Of a stretch of 64,000 nucleotides of DNA, positions 35,734 through 45,825 are shown piece after piece (positions within the stretch are counted from its first letter, which is position 1; the number at the start of each line of letters is the position of its first letter). The translations under genes were made by a program, and so were the position numbers. The stretch comes from Bacillota bacterium (GTDB lineage Bacteria; Bacillota; Clostridia; Saccharofermentanales; Saccharofermentanaceae). Below the pieces are notes generated by a model that saw only the letters and a program-made list of their open reading frames with translations, ran no database searches and was not told the DNA's origin. The stretch covers positions 1-64,000 of the forward strand of contig DAIPXZ010000001.1 of NCBI GenBank assembly GCA_036782995.1, given 5' to 3'.

Positions 35734-36885
35734 TTAAATCGCAAGCGAGCGGTAGCTTTGCTTACGAAGAATCAATGTGACAACGAGAAGCATGGCAATA
35801 ATACCGGCACTGAGAATCCCTATGTTCATCCAGTAACGAGTCATATCCCTCACGTAGTAGAGTGAATAGAAAGCATCTGCAATCAAATTGCCTGGGTTAA
35901 TGTATTGCATAATCGGGGCCTTTTGAATGACTTTGGTTTTCACTGCAGAATCCATAAGACCCGCCAAATAACTGCAAATCATAGAGAAGGCGAGAACCAC
36001 TGCAATTTTTCCGCTTAGATTTGTTTTCAAAATCACTCCGATAAAGGCGCCGAGCAGGACACCGAAAACAACCGACAAAAACGAGGCCAGAATTAATAGT
36101 GCGATGTTGCTTCCAAAGCTCACACCAAGCCCAAATTTTAAATATGCAATCAAGAGAAGAATCGTGATGAATTGTACAAGAACCGTAGAGGAAAGTGTCA
36201 CAACGACGAGCTTCCATTTGTTTACAGGAGCCATGGATTGGCGCGCTGCCAAAGTCGATTGATTTGCCTGCAATATGGCTATATCGCGCAAGCCGGCAAA
36301 GGAAGCATAGAGGCAGGACATCGCAAGAAGTGCATAATAGAAAACCACCACAATATCGGCAATAGGGCCATCAGGAGCCTTCGAATAAGTATACTCCTGC
36401 GAAGTTAATTCGCTGATTTTGGCCAAGCTTGCAGGATTTGTTGTTGCGATGTTTGTAATCGTCTTGTTCATTTGGTTATACCAATCAAAGAATTCACGAA
36501 TCATCGTTTGCGATACTCCGGCTTTGGTAAACTGCAATGTGATTTCACCCTTTTCATTGAGCATCATCAAACCTTCAATTTCTTCGTTGGCGAGTGCTTT
36601 TTCTGCATCTTCTTGCGCGTCAAAATATGTGGTTTCAAACATCGCGTCTTCGTTGTCCTCTTTCGATTGTTCTTCGATTTGCGATTTGAGGGTCGTGTTC
36701 TGTTCGTACTGCGCATTGTTCACCACACCGAGCTTCGCGCGCTCAAATCCATTCGAAACATTCGAAAGCGCAAGCGAAAAGAATGTCGCGAGCAAAAACG
36801 GGAAAGCTATAGTCCAGAAAATGACACCCTTGTCGCGTAATTGCCCTTTGAGTCGGTAACCAAAAATACGGATTGCGGTATTCAT
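35734..36885 (-). CDS. ABC-2-type transporter permease
   Basis: 383 aa with the same topology as its neighbour. The two look like paralogs. Confidence 0.75.
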   Translation of the reverse strand: MNTAIRIFGYRLKGQLRDKGVIFWTIAFPFLLATFFSLALSNVSNGFERAKLGVVNNAQYEQNTTLKSQIEEQSKEDNEDAMFETTYFDAQEDAEKALANEEIEGLMMLNEKGEITLQFTKAGVSQTMIREFFDWYNQMNKTITNIATTNPASLAKISELTSQEYTYSKAPDGPIADIVVVFYYALLAMSCLYASFAGLRDIAILQANQSTLAARQSMAPVNKWKLVVVTLSSTVLVQFITILLLIAYLKFGLGVSFGSNIALLILASFLSVVFGVLLGAFIGVILKTNLSGKIAVVLAFSMICSYLAGLMDSAVKTKVIQKAPIMQYINPGNLIADAFYSLYYVRDMTRYWMNIGILSAGIIAMLLVVTLILRKQSYRSLAI

Positions 36886-36900
36886 ATTATTGTCCTCCTC

Positions 36901-37839
36901 TTATGCGTCACGAAGTTCTTTTCCGGTTATCTCTAGGAACACGTCATTTAACGAAGGGCGCTCACCGAAAATGCGGCCCGTCTTTATATCCCGTTTGCCC
37001 AGCTCATCCAAAAGTTTCGACATCGCATTGGTTTCTTGCTTCGCTTTTACTACGAGCATGCCCTCTTTGATTTTTGCCGAAGAAACAAATTCCATCTCCT
37101 TGACCCACGGAAGAACATCCTCCGGATTCGAGAGAAGAAGCTCTATCGATATTTTTTCTCCGATTCTTACCATATCGATTAGCTCTTGCTTGGTGCCCTG
37201 CGCGATGATCTGACCGTTATCCATGATGGCAATTCGATTACAAAGGTGTTCTACTTCTTCCATGTAATGCGAAGTATAGATAATCGTCGCTCCACTCTTA
37301 TTTAAATTCTTAATTCCTTCTAGAATGTTATTTCGACTCTGCGGGTCAACGGCCACAGTTGGCTCATCAAAGAAGATAAGCTTCGGCTTATGGGCAATGC
37401 CGCATGCGATATTCAATCTGCGAAGAAGTCCACCGGAGAGCTTCTTCGGATAGAATTTGCGAAAATCATTGAGACCAACCATCTCAATTGCCTCGTCAAC
37501 CAGTGCTTTGCGTTCCTTATTGTCTTTGATATACAGTCCGCAGAAGAAATCGACATTTTCAAGCACGGTCAATTCATCAATAACGGCAACATTTTGCATC
37601 ACGACACCGATATCTCGTTTCGATGCATAGCTCGATGGAGTCATCGGTTTCCCAAAAATCTCAATTTCACCTTTATCGTACGCAAGAAGAGAAAGCATAC
37701 AATTAATCGCTGTCGTTTTTCCGGAGCCGTTCGGTCCTAATAGTCCGAATACTTCGCCTTCCTGAATGTCGAGGCTTAAGTGGTCCAATGCGATTAAGTC
37801 GCCATATCTTTTTACTAAATCTTTTACATGAATAATCAT
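36901..37839 (-). CDS. ABC transporter ATP-binding protein
   Basis: GPNGSGKTT (Walker A), LSGGLLRRL (signature), LIFFDEPT (Walker B), plus a C-terminal accessory domain. Confidence 0.9.
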   Translation of the reverse strand: MIIHVKDLVKRYGDLIALDHLSLDIQEGEVFGLLGPNGSGKTTAINCMLSLLAYDKGEIEIFGKPMTPSSYASKRDIGVVMQNVAVIDELTVLENVDFFCGLYIKDNKERKALVDEAIEMVGLNDFRKFYPKKLSGGLLRRLNIACGIAHKPKLIFFDEPTVAVDPQSRNNILEGIKNLNKSGATIIYTSHYMEEVEHLCNRIAIMDNGQIIAQGTKQELIDMVRIGEKISIELLLSNPEDVLPWVKEMEFVSSAKIKEGMLVVKAKQETNAMSKLLDELGKRDIKTGRIFGERPSLNDVFLEITGKELRDA

Positions 37840-38093
37840 AATGTTGCCCTGCCCTTCCTTTTTCTATGGTGTCATTCTACCGAATGACCGAATACGACAA
37901 TAGTGATATTCTTCCTCTTCGATTGTGAGAAATGTCATGGTTTTCATTTTTTCCGTTGCATGACACTTTCCACATAACGTGGCTCTAAACGCATAAAACA
38001 AGTTAGGTGCGAAGGATGGGCTTTGCTTTTTGGGAGAAAGGCCAGTAAACTATGGCGTGGAAAGAAAATGCTCGTTGGTAAGGAGTTTCGGAA

Positions 38094-38828
38094 ATGAAAC
38101 ATGGGAAATCCAGTCTTATACGATTAGTAAGCATCGTGGTCGCCACGTTGGTGCTGGTTACCACTATTCTTGCTATTGGGAGACATTGCATTGAATCATA
38201 TGCAAATCGTGTACCCGCCCTCACCGATGAAGCATTAGCAACAATTGATTTTTTAAAAGCCAAGAACCTCATGATTGTCGCACATCCGGATGACGAAACG
38301 CTCTGGGGTGGCGCACATCTCTATTCTCATGATTATTTGGTCGTTTGCCTGACTGGCGGACGAAACTCCGAGCGCGCAAAAGAATTTGCTTCAGTGATGG
38401 AGGCCGCAGATTGCCAATTCTTGCAATTGTCTTACCCCGATAAAGTATGCGGCTTACGAAGTAATTGGAAAGCCGTTAGGGAGCAAATGGAAGCGGATAT
38501 CCAGAAAATCGTTGAAGCCAATGATTGGGCACTCATCGTGACGCATAATGCGAAGGGTGAATATGGCCACCAGCACCACATCATGACCCACGATTCTGTA
38601 TGCAAAGTGTATTACGCGTCCGATTCGATGGCAGATCTTTATGTTTTCGGTGATTATTATTCGGCAAAAAAACTGGAAACGGCCGATAATCTGCCACAAG
38701 AAATCGATGATAGTCGTCTGTGTTTTAAGGAAGACCTTCTTTCCCATTACAGCTCGCAGGACAATACCGTGAAAAAGCTTTCGCATATGAATGTGTATGA
38801 GGATTGGACACTCATCGAGGACAGATAG
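38094..38828 (+). CDS. PIG-L/LmbE-family deacetylase with an N-terminal signal-anchor helix
   Basis: MKHGKSSLIRLVSIVVATLVLVTTILAI (positive N-terminus plus a TM helix), then MIVAHPDDETLWGG and HNAKGEYGHQHH, the PIG-L motifs. Confidence 0.85.
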   Translation: MKHGKSSLIRLVSIVVATLVLVTTILAIGRHCIESYANRVPALTDEALATIDFLKAKNLMIVAHPDDETLWGGAHLYSHDYLVVCLTGGRNSERAKEFASVMEAADCQFLQLSYPDKVCGLRSNWKAVREQMEADIQKIVEANDWALIVTHNAKGEYGHQHHIMTHDSVCKVYYASDSMADLYVFGDYYSAKKLETADNLPQEIDDSRLCFKEDLLSHYSSQDNTVKKLSHMNVYEDWTLIEDR

Positions 38829-38831
38829 TTT

Positions 38832-41426
38832 ATGATAAATAACCGTGTTTTACACAAGAAAGACTACTTCTATATACTCATCATCGAATTGATTTTATGT
38901 ATGTTCCTTTTGACGTTGGCATGTCTGGGATACAAATTTGGCTCAACCATAGATTGGAATAACCAGCATTGGGCTATCCCCGATTATTTCCGAATGCTTT
39001 TTTACGATACACACGACCTTTTTCCGGATTTCGCCGCAAATCTCGGCGCCGGGCAAAATATATACTATCTATCCTATTATGGACTTTTTAGTCCGATCAT
39101 TCTGGTATCGTTTCTGTTCCCCAATGTGCCGATGGTCTTGTATATAATCGTTGTTAGCATTCTCTCTCTTTACGTCGATGTTGCTTTATTCTACTATTGG
39201 GTCAAGCCAAAATTTGGAGCGGATAATGCGTTTCTAGTAACATTTCTCTTCATCTTTTCGACGTCCCTGATTTTTCACAGCCACCGACATATCATGTTCG
39301 TCAATTACATGCCGTTTTTGCTTCTCGCCCTCATCGGTGTAGAACGCTTTCGAGCAACAAAGAGTCGGGTGCTCCTGATTATTTCTTCCCTATGTATCAT
39401 TCTCTCGAGCTACTTTTTCTCTGTCGGCGCGCTTATCGCTATAGTGCTCTATTTTTGGTATCTCGAAATCCGGGAATCGGATCGTTTCATGACGAAAGAA
39501 ATGATAAAGAAGCTTCTTTCATTCCTGATTGCGCCGATTATTGCGATATTTATGGCTGGCATCCTATTGTTACCGACAGCGTTCGTCTTACTGAACGGTC
39601 GCGATCCGAGTGCCGGCGGCAGCACGACCGCATGGCTCCCCCTTCTTTTCAAACCAATTCTGGGAAATATCGTATATAACCCTTATTCAATCGGAACAAT
39701 GGGATTTGGCGTCATCGCTGTCATCATCGGTCTCCTTTCAAGGAAAAAGCACGTCTTTATGTTATCCGTATGCTTTTCACTCTTCTTCTGCTGTCCGATA
39801 TTCATTTACCTGTTGAACGGTACACTCTATCTCGATGCAAAAGTGTTGATTCCGTTTCTACCGATATTTATGTTGATTGTTGGTAACGCAATCGATAGCA
39901 TATTCCAAAAGAAAGTGTCACGTCTTTCTTTATTAATTGCCAGTCTCGCTTGCACTTGCTTATTCGGAACGTCCTGTCTTTTCGGCCAAGACATGAATTA
40001 TTACACCATCATCATGGTTTCTTTTCCAATCGATGTAATCATGATTCTCGCAGGTATTGCATTATATAACCGTATTGGAAAACGTCGGACACTCGTCATT
40101 CCATTGATTTCCTTTTGCTTGATTGCTTGTATATCCATCAATGCAAAAGAAAAATACGTACCAATGGTCTCGGAATATACTGATTATGATTCAACCATCA
40201 ATGATTATATCAATCAAACACTGAAAGACGATTCTTCTTTCTATCGCTTCGGCTCTATTATTAAGACACACGACACCGTAAATTTCGCCTATAACACCGA
40301 GATGTATCGTACGACCATCTATTCGTCGCTTCACAACCGTTATTTAAGCGACTTCTATTTCGATGAGCTCTATAACGAAAACCAATATCGGAATGCCGCC
40401 CTGATGACTGAATCACGTAATTATCTTTATAACATGTATATGGGGCAAAAATACTTGGTCGGGGTCGCAGGAAAGAAGATACCCGGGTACTCCGCCGTGA
40501 CAACTATTGGTTCGACAAGCCTTTTCATGACCAACTACGCCTTTCCTGTCGGATATGCCAGCGATAAAATCATGAGTGAAGCCGAGTTCAACACTCTAGA
40601 ATACCCTTATGACATCGAGGCATTGATGGAATACACCATTGTCGACACGCCCTATTTTGACAGCGGATTCTCATCGGAAATCACTGCAATGACACTGTCT
40701 TCGGTCCCGGAATTAGTCGAACAATTACCTGTTAAGAAGCTGTCAGAAGATGATTATGTTGTCTCATCTGAAACAAGTATCCGCTTTAATTATGACTTGC
40801 CGGAGCCGTTGACTCAAAGCGTCGTGCTCCTTCGTTTCAACGTAAACAACGTCATCAACGAAGGAAAATCACCGACCGTCAAGATTTCCATCAATGGCAC
40901 CACCAACAAATTAACAAACGCCGACGGAAAATATTTCAACGGAAACAACAGCTTCGAGTACGTCTTTATTGCCGGTAAAACACCTATGAAGAACTTCCGA
41001 ATTCGCGTATCCGAAGGTGCCTACCAAATTTCCGATATTCAAGTTTATGTCATGCCACTTGCAAATATTCGGGAAATATCAAACGACCTGGATGCCTATA
41101 ACATCGACCGCGAGACCACACAAGGCAACATTTATTCCGGCACGATTGATGTTACGAAGGATGGATATTTCGTCATGTCTGTCCCCTATGACGAGGGATT
41201 CGATATCATCATTGACGGTCAATCCGTCCCTGTCGAAAGAGTCGATAAAGATTTCATCGGCGCAAAAATCGAGGCAGGACACCACACCATACGTATCGAA
41301 TTCCATGCGCCTCTCAAACGGGAAGGCACCATCCTTTCCGCCATCGGGACGTCCATGTTTCTCGTAGTGATTGGATGTGAAATTGCTCGCTCCCTACGTC
41401 GGGAACGAGCAATCAAAAAGAAATAA
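38832..41426 (+). CDS. YfhO-family polytopic membrane protein (putative glycosyltransferase)
   Basis: 864 aa with about 13 TM helices followed by a ~420-aa extracytoplasmic domain and a final TM, which is YfhO-like architecture. It starts 3 nt after the PIG-L stop. Confidence 0.75.
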   Translation: MINNRVLHKKDYFYILIIELILCMFLLTLACLGYKFGSTIDWNNQHWAIPDYFRMLFYDTHDLFPDFAANLGAGQNIYYLSYYGLFSPIILVSFLFPNVPMVLYIIVVSILSLYVDVALFYYWVKPKFGADNAFLVTFLFIFSTSLIFHSHRHIMFVNYMPFLLLALIGVERFRATKSRVLLIISSLCIILSSYFFSVGALIAIVLYFWYLEIRESDRFMTKEMIKKLLSFLIAPIIAIFMAGILLLPTAFVLLNGRDPSAGGSTTAWLPLLFKPILGNIVYNPYSIGTMGFGVIAVIIGLLSRKKHVFMLSVCFSLFFCCPIFIYLLNGTLYLDAKVLIPFLPIFMLIVGNAIDSIFQKKVSRLSLLIASLACTCLFGTSCLFGQDMNYYTIIMVSFPIDVIMILAGIALYNRIGKRRTLVIPLISFCLIACISINAKEKYVPMVSEYTDYDSTINDYINQTLKDDSSFYRFGSIIKTHDTVNFAYNTEMYRTTIYSSLHNRYLSDFYFDELYNENQYRNAALMTESRNYLYNMYMGQKYLVGVAGKKIPGYSAVTTIGSTSLFMTNYAFPVGYASDKIMSEAEFNTLEYPYDIEALMEYTIVDTPYFDSGFSSEITAMTLSSVPELVEQLPVKKLSEDDYVVSSETSIRFNYDLPEPLTQSVVLLRFNVNNVINEGKSPTVKISINGTTNKLTNADGKYFNGNNSFEYVFIAGKTPMKNFRIRVSEGAYQISDIQVYVMPLANIREISNDLDAYNIDRETTQGNIYSGTIDVTKDGYFVMSVPYDEGFDIIIDGQSVPVERVDKDFIGAKIEAGHHTIRIEFHAPLKREGTILSAIGTSMFLVVIGCEIARSLRRERAIKKK

Positions 41427-41450
41427 AACCAAATTTTTGTTTTTTCAGAA

Positions 41451-42509
41451 TCAGGCAACCTGATGTACATATTCCTCACTGGTTGCGATGACCTCACAAT
41501 TGTTCACGTAATCCAATATCTCAATGCTAAAAGATATGGTTTCCAGATCTTCCTGTTCAATCCCGAGAGCTTCCAGACTGTCCGCCATGACAAACAAGTA
41601 CGTGTAGCCATTTGTACCACCCAAAATCGTTTGCGCGTAGACGCTAAAATCATCATTTCCGTTTATTTTGACACTGTCACAATATGTCATGAAAATATCA
41701 TCACTATCGTTCATGCAGTAAATTTCGATACAATATAGATCCTGACTCCATTCGCCTTCACCAACAATTACTGAGAATCCATTTTCATCGTAGATTGTAG
41801 TTCCAATGGCCGAAAAACTATAATCCTTATCATCATAACCATCTGTAATAACGGAAGCTGTCTCATTCCCAATCAAGCCGTATGAATACGCATCTAAGAC
41901 TTCGATATACAACAATACTTCTCCGACTGTATTAATACTTGTGATGTCATTATCCTCTATTGATAAGTAAACATAATCCTGTACGGTTTCACCCGCAGGA
42001 ACCGTAACGTTGGATTCGTTCGTCGTCATTATGCCGTTTGCTGCGACGCCTGCTATATCGAAGACGATATCAGTATCACTTTGATTCGTTACTTCATAAT
42101 CAAGAACATCCATCCCATATGCCGATTCTGCTGTTGTATAGGAAAGAGCCGTGGCTGTCACTCCATCTGCGTCATAAATCACTTGTTCTTCGATATTCAC
42201 AGGTGTGCGTGGTTCACGCATTACAAATTCATCATCTTCACGCGGAATCGATGTCGTCGGGTCATCCGTCTCTTCCGGTACTATTGATTTTTCCGGTGTT
42301 TCTGGTTCTGTTGGTTCTTGATTTCTGTTCTCTTCGGACTCTTCGTCCTCGTCGTCTTCGTCATCTTCCTCAGCGTTGTCACGATCACTGGTTTTCTCGT
42401 CAGAATCCTCATCCTTGGAATAACTATTCGATTTACAGGCAACACTCATTGCTGCAATCATGGATATGCAAATTACTACACATAATCCCTTTAAAAGATA
42501 CTTTTTCAT
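41451..42509 (-). CDS. lipoprotein of unknown function with an acidic linker
   Basis: MKKYLLKGLCVVICISMIAAMSVAC (lipobox), an Asp/Glu-rich ~70-aa linker, then beta-rich domains. Confidence 0.6.
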   Translation of the reverse strand: MKKYLLKGLCVVICISMIAAMSVACKSNSYSKDEDSDEKTSDRDNAEEDDEDDEDEESEENRNQEPTEPETPEKSIVPEETDDPTTSIPREDDEFVMREPRTPVNIEEQVIYDADGVTATALSYTTAESAYGMDVLDYEVTNQSDTDIVFDIAGVAANGIMTTNESNVTVPAGETVQDYVYLSIEDNDITSINTVGEVLLYIEVLDAYSYGLIGNETASVITDGYDDKDYSFSAIGTTIYDENGFSVIVGEGEWSQDLYCIEIYCMNDSDDIFMTYCDSVKINGNDDFSVYAQTILGGTNGYTYLFVMADSLEALGIEQEDLETISFSIEILDYVNNCEVIATSEEYVHQVA

Positions 42510-42620
42510 TTTTGTTTCCTCCGTTCAGGTATACATTTATTTCGTAACCCCATACGCATCATAGCAAAAGATTTATGAATGCTCTGTAAACGCCACATAT
42601 GCGAGGTATTTCATTTGTGA

Positions 42621-42659
42621 ACAAATAATAAAGGCATCGGTACACTTCGTACCGATGCC
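42621..42659 (-). terminator. rho-independent terminator
   Basis: GGCATCGGTAC-acttc-GTACCGATGCC is a perfect 11-bp stem (42633-42659), followed on the minus strand by TTTATTATTTGT. Confidence 0.7.
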
Positions 42660-42684
42660 CTTCACAACCAAGGAAAAAATATCA

Positions 42685-43665
42685 TTAATTTTTCACGGTC
42701 ATATATTCTGCGCAAAAATTAGCGATTTCAATAACCACAGATTCCATGTAGGTGCGGTTGAGAGGATAATCCTCAGGCAAATTACTCGCATAAGACAAAA
42801 TCACCAATGTCACTGTATAGATTCCGACTGAAGAAAAATGCGTTCCACCACGCCTAAAGTACGGGCTGGCCGAGAGAAGAGCTTCCGTCTCTGCGCACTT
42901 ATCGATAATCGCTTCCGGCGTATCTGGCAGTAATGTCATGAACGCAAGTAAGTAATTCATATAGCTAAAGGATTTCACGCAATTCTTCTTTTGCATTTCT
43001 GAAATGAGTGCGAGGTAGAAATCACAAGCCTCCTGCGGTGTGCGATTTGGTAAAAGCGACAGCATGCAGCATGTCTCCTTCAATGAAATAGAAGGCATGA
43101 ATCGCGTTTTCAAAATCTCATAGCACATATCCATACGGTCCGCACATTGATTTGTTATAGACATATCAGAAAAGTAAAGCATTGCTGCTAAAAACGGATC
43201 TTCAAGATAGGCTAGGAAGCGGTGGTTCTTATTTATGGTGGAAATCATCTTAATAATCTCTTTCGCCGTCGCTTCATATTGGTTCTGCTCAGTAAAAATT
43301 GTCATCAAACGTGCTGCTCTTGCATTACGCATTTTCTTTCCCAGTGCATCAGAAAGATATGTTTCCGCTAAAAACATCAACGCCAGCTGCTCAACTGGTT
43401 CCGACGATTGTGCCGCCAAAGCTATCGTCGACAGACCTGAATACTGTCTGAAAGGTGAGCCCCACGTAGAGCGACGCTTTAATTCCTTCTTTAACATCTT
43501 CAGACGTTCTGTATCGATATGACCACGTCCACCTAAAAACTGCAGAGCACACACTGGAATAGCGTAATCTTTCTTTTTAGCAATACCGTATAATTCCGGA
43601 ATGCGAGTGATGAATTCTTCGACCTTATTCTCAATTTCTGTTCTCATTTGAATGCCCTTTTTCAC
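42685..43665 (-). CDS. hypothetical all-helical soluble protein (possibly DUF4003-like)
   Basis: A 326-aa ORF with coding-like composition and its own terminator. I recognise no catalytic motif. The family guess is from weak memory only. Confidence 0.45.
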   Translation of the reverse strand: MKKGIQMRTEIENKVEEFITRIPELYGIAKKKDYAIPVCALQFLGGRGHIDTERLKMLKKELKRRSTWGSPFRQYSGLSTIALAAQSSEPVEQLALMFLAETYLSDALGKKMRNARAARLMTIFTEQNQYEATAKEIIKMISTINKNHRFLAYLEDPFLAAMLYFSDMSITNQCADRMDMCYEILKTRFMPSISLKETCCMLSLLPNRTPQEACDFYLALISEMQKKNCVKSFSYMNYLLAFMTLLPDTPEAIIDKCAETEALLSASPYFRRGGTHFSSVGIYTVTLVILSYASNLPEDYPLNRTYMESVVIEIANFCAEYMTVKN

Positions 43666-43912
43666 CTATATTCTGTATTACTATTCTTAATTCCGTGGTT
43701 TCTTTCGCCTTGGGTTTTGCGCAGGCTGTAAAAGCACAGTCAGCAATTATCACACCAAAAGCAAAGTTACTATTCTTTTCAAGATTGCACCTTCATAATT
43801 CGAAATGACTATACATGTTGTAAAAGATTTTTGCAAGATGATAGCCATATCCTATTTTGTGAATTTAGTTTACAATCTAACTTAAGCTATACCAAAGGAG
43901 GATTACGTCGTC

Positions 43913-45094
43913 ATGTCTGTTTTGATTGATAAGGGCATGCTCGTCATATGTTGCGTCGCGGTTCTTTTCTCCAGCGACATAAATCCTTACTGCGTGATTT
44001 ATTTATTGATCGCATTTGCGCTTTCTTTAGCAGTTACATATATATCCTCGCGGACATTCACAGTTGCCGTATCTATTGCTTACGGCATTCTCTCTCTCTT
44101 CTTTCCGCCGCTTTGCTGTTTTTTCCCTCTATTCCTATATGATTTGATTGTCGTGAAATCGCCGTGGCCGAGTTTGCTTTTTCTTTTTTCGCTGGTCAAT
44201 GCAACTTGGTTAATAGACGACTTGTCTTTACTTCATTTATTCCTCGTGTGCGGATTATGTGGTGTGGCTGGTCTTTTGTCCGTTCGCACTACGGAGGCTC
44301 GCCGAAAAACCACAGAATTGAATTCTTTGCGTGATGGCCTCACATCCGAGCAACGAACGCTAAAAAAAGCGAATCACGAACTTATGGATAAGCAAGATTA
44401 CGAAGTGCATGTCGCCATATTAGGCGAGCGCAATCGTATTTCCCGTGAGTTACATGACAGTATCGGTCACGTGCTTACTCGTTCAATTCTCCAAGCCGGA
44501 GCACTCTCTGCTGTGGCAAACCGTCTTTCTCACGAAGAGAGTTCAGAAAAAGAGACCGCAAACAATACCGAAGAGCTTTCCGAGAAAGCCCAGAATGTGC
44601 AAGCCTTGCAGGATGGCATCACCGCCTTACAAGCATCTCTTTCAGACGGTATGACACAGATTCGAGAGAGCATACACAATTTACATGAGGACTCCATGGA
44701 TATGAAAACCGAGCTTGAAGCCGTCCTTCGTGGATTTACGCAATGTCCGGTCGAGCTCACTGTCGCCACAACGACTTTGCCGCCGAAAAATATTCGTTTC
44801 GCCATGATATCCATTGTTAAAGAATGCATGTCCAATGTAACCAAACATGCCCCCGACGCGACACAGGTCACAGTCACTTTACGTGAGCATCCGGTTATGT
44901 GGCAATTGATTATTGAAGATAATGGAGAAGCCGTACGCGGTAAAGATCTCCAATCGTTACTAATTTCGCAATCTGCCGGTATCGGAATCACGAGTATTCG
45001 TGCGCGTGTGGAAGAATTACATGGTCGTTCTGCCATCTCGACAGAAGACGGCTTCTGTCTTCACATCACTTTCCCCAAGGAGGACAACAAATGA
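43913..45094 (+). CDS. HisKA_3-type sensor histidine kinase (DesK/LiaS-like)
   Basis: Polytopic N-terminus, H-box ERNRISRELHDSIGHVL and a C-terminal HATPase domain (DNGEA...GIGITSI). Confidence 0.85.
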   Translation: MSVLIDKGMLVICCVAVLFSSDINPYCVIYLLIAFALSLAVTYISSRTFTVAVSIAYGILSLFFPPLCCFFPLFLYDLIVVKSPWPSLLFLFSLVNATWLIDDLSLLHLFLVCGLCGVAGLLSVRTTEARRKTTELNSLRDGLTSEQRTLKKANHELMDKQDYEVHVAILGERNRISRELHDSIGHVLTRSILQAGALSAVANRLSHEESSEKETANNTEELSEKAQNVQALQDGITALQASLSDGMTQIRESIHNLHEDSMDMKTELEAVLRGFTQCPVELTVATTTLPPKNIRFAMISIVKECMSNVTKHAPDATQVTVTLREHPVMWQLIIEDNGEAVRGKDLQSLLISQSAGIGITSIRARVEELHGRSAISTEDGFCLHITFPKEDNK

Positions 45095-45774
45095 AAACAC
45101 GCTTAATCATTATCGATGATGATCGTTTTATCGTATCCGCACTTACGACCATACTCTCCGCCGACACGGCCATCGAGGTCGTTGCAACCGGCAATGATGG
45201 AAGCGAGGCGTTAACGCTCTGGCGGGCTCATCAACCAGACGTATTACTCATGGATATCCGTATGCCGGGAACAGATGGATTACAAGGCGCAGCCGAGGTG
45301 ATTACAGCATTTCCGGAAGCGAAAATTCTTTTCCTCACGACCTTCTCAGACGATGAATATATCGTTAAAGCATTACGCATCGGTGCACGTGGCTATTTAC
45401 TCAAAGAGAAGTTCGAATCCATTGCCCCCGCGATTTCCGCGGTGCGTGCGGGACAAAGCGTTTTCGGCGAAGAGATTATCTCCCGTATCACCTTCCCTGT
45501 CACCTCACTTTACGATGATCAGCCGGAAAAAGGCGGTGACGTCGCCACAGTTGGATCAAAATCCATTCCGACTGATGACCCTCTTTATGCATGTCTCACG
45601 CCGAGAGAAGTGAACATTTTGGAAGCAATCAGCGCCGGATTAAGCAATAAAGAGATTGCCGAGCAACTGTTCTTAAGTGAAGGAACCGTACGTAACAGTA
45701 TCACATCCATGCTCGACAAACTCGAGCTCAAAAGCCGAACGCAGCTTGCCATTTACTATCTGAAACGACAATAA
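45091..45774 (+). CDS. LuxR/NarL-family response regulator
   Basis: Receiver domain (LIIIDDDRF...VLLMDIRMPG) plus a C-terminal LuxR HTH (LTPREVNILEAISAGLSNKEIAEQLFLSEGTVRN). ATGA overlap with the kinase gene. Confidence 0.9.
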   Translation: MKTRLIIIDDDRFIVSALTTILSADTAIEVVATGNDGSEALTLWRAHQPDVLLMDIRMPGTDGLQGAAEVITAFPEAKILFLTTFSDDEYIVKALRIGARGYLLKEKFESIAPAISAVRAGQSVFGEEIISRITFPVTSLYDDQPEKGGDVATVGSKSIPTDDPLYACLTPREVNILEAISAGLSNKEIAEQLFLSEGTVRNSITSMLDKLELKSRTQLAIYYLKRQ

Positions 45775-45825
45775 GGCTTTCCAGATTAGTTGTGTTACGG
45801 CACACTGAACAAGCGAAAATATTCG

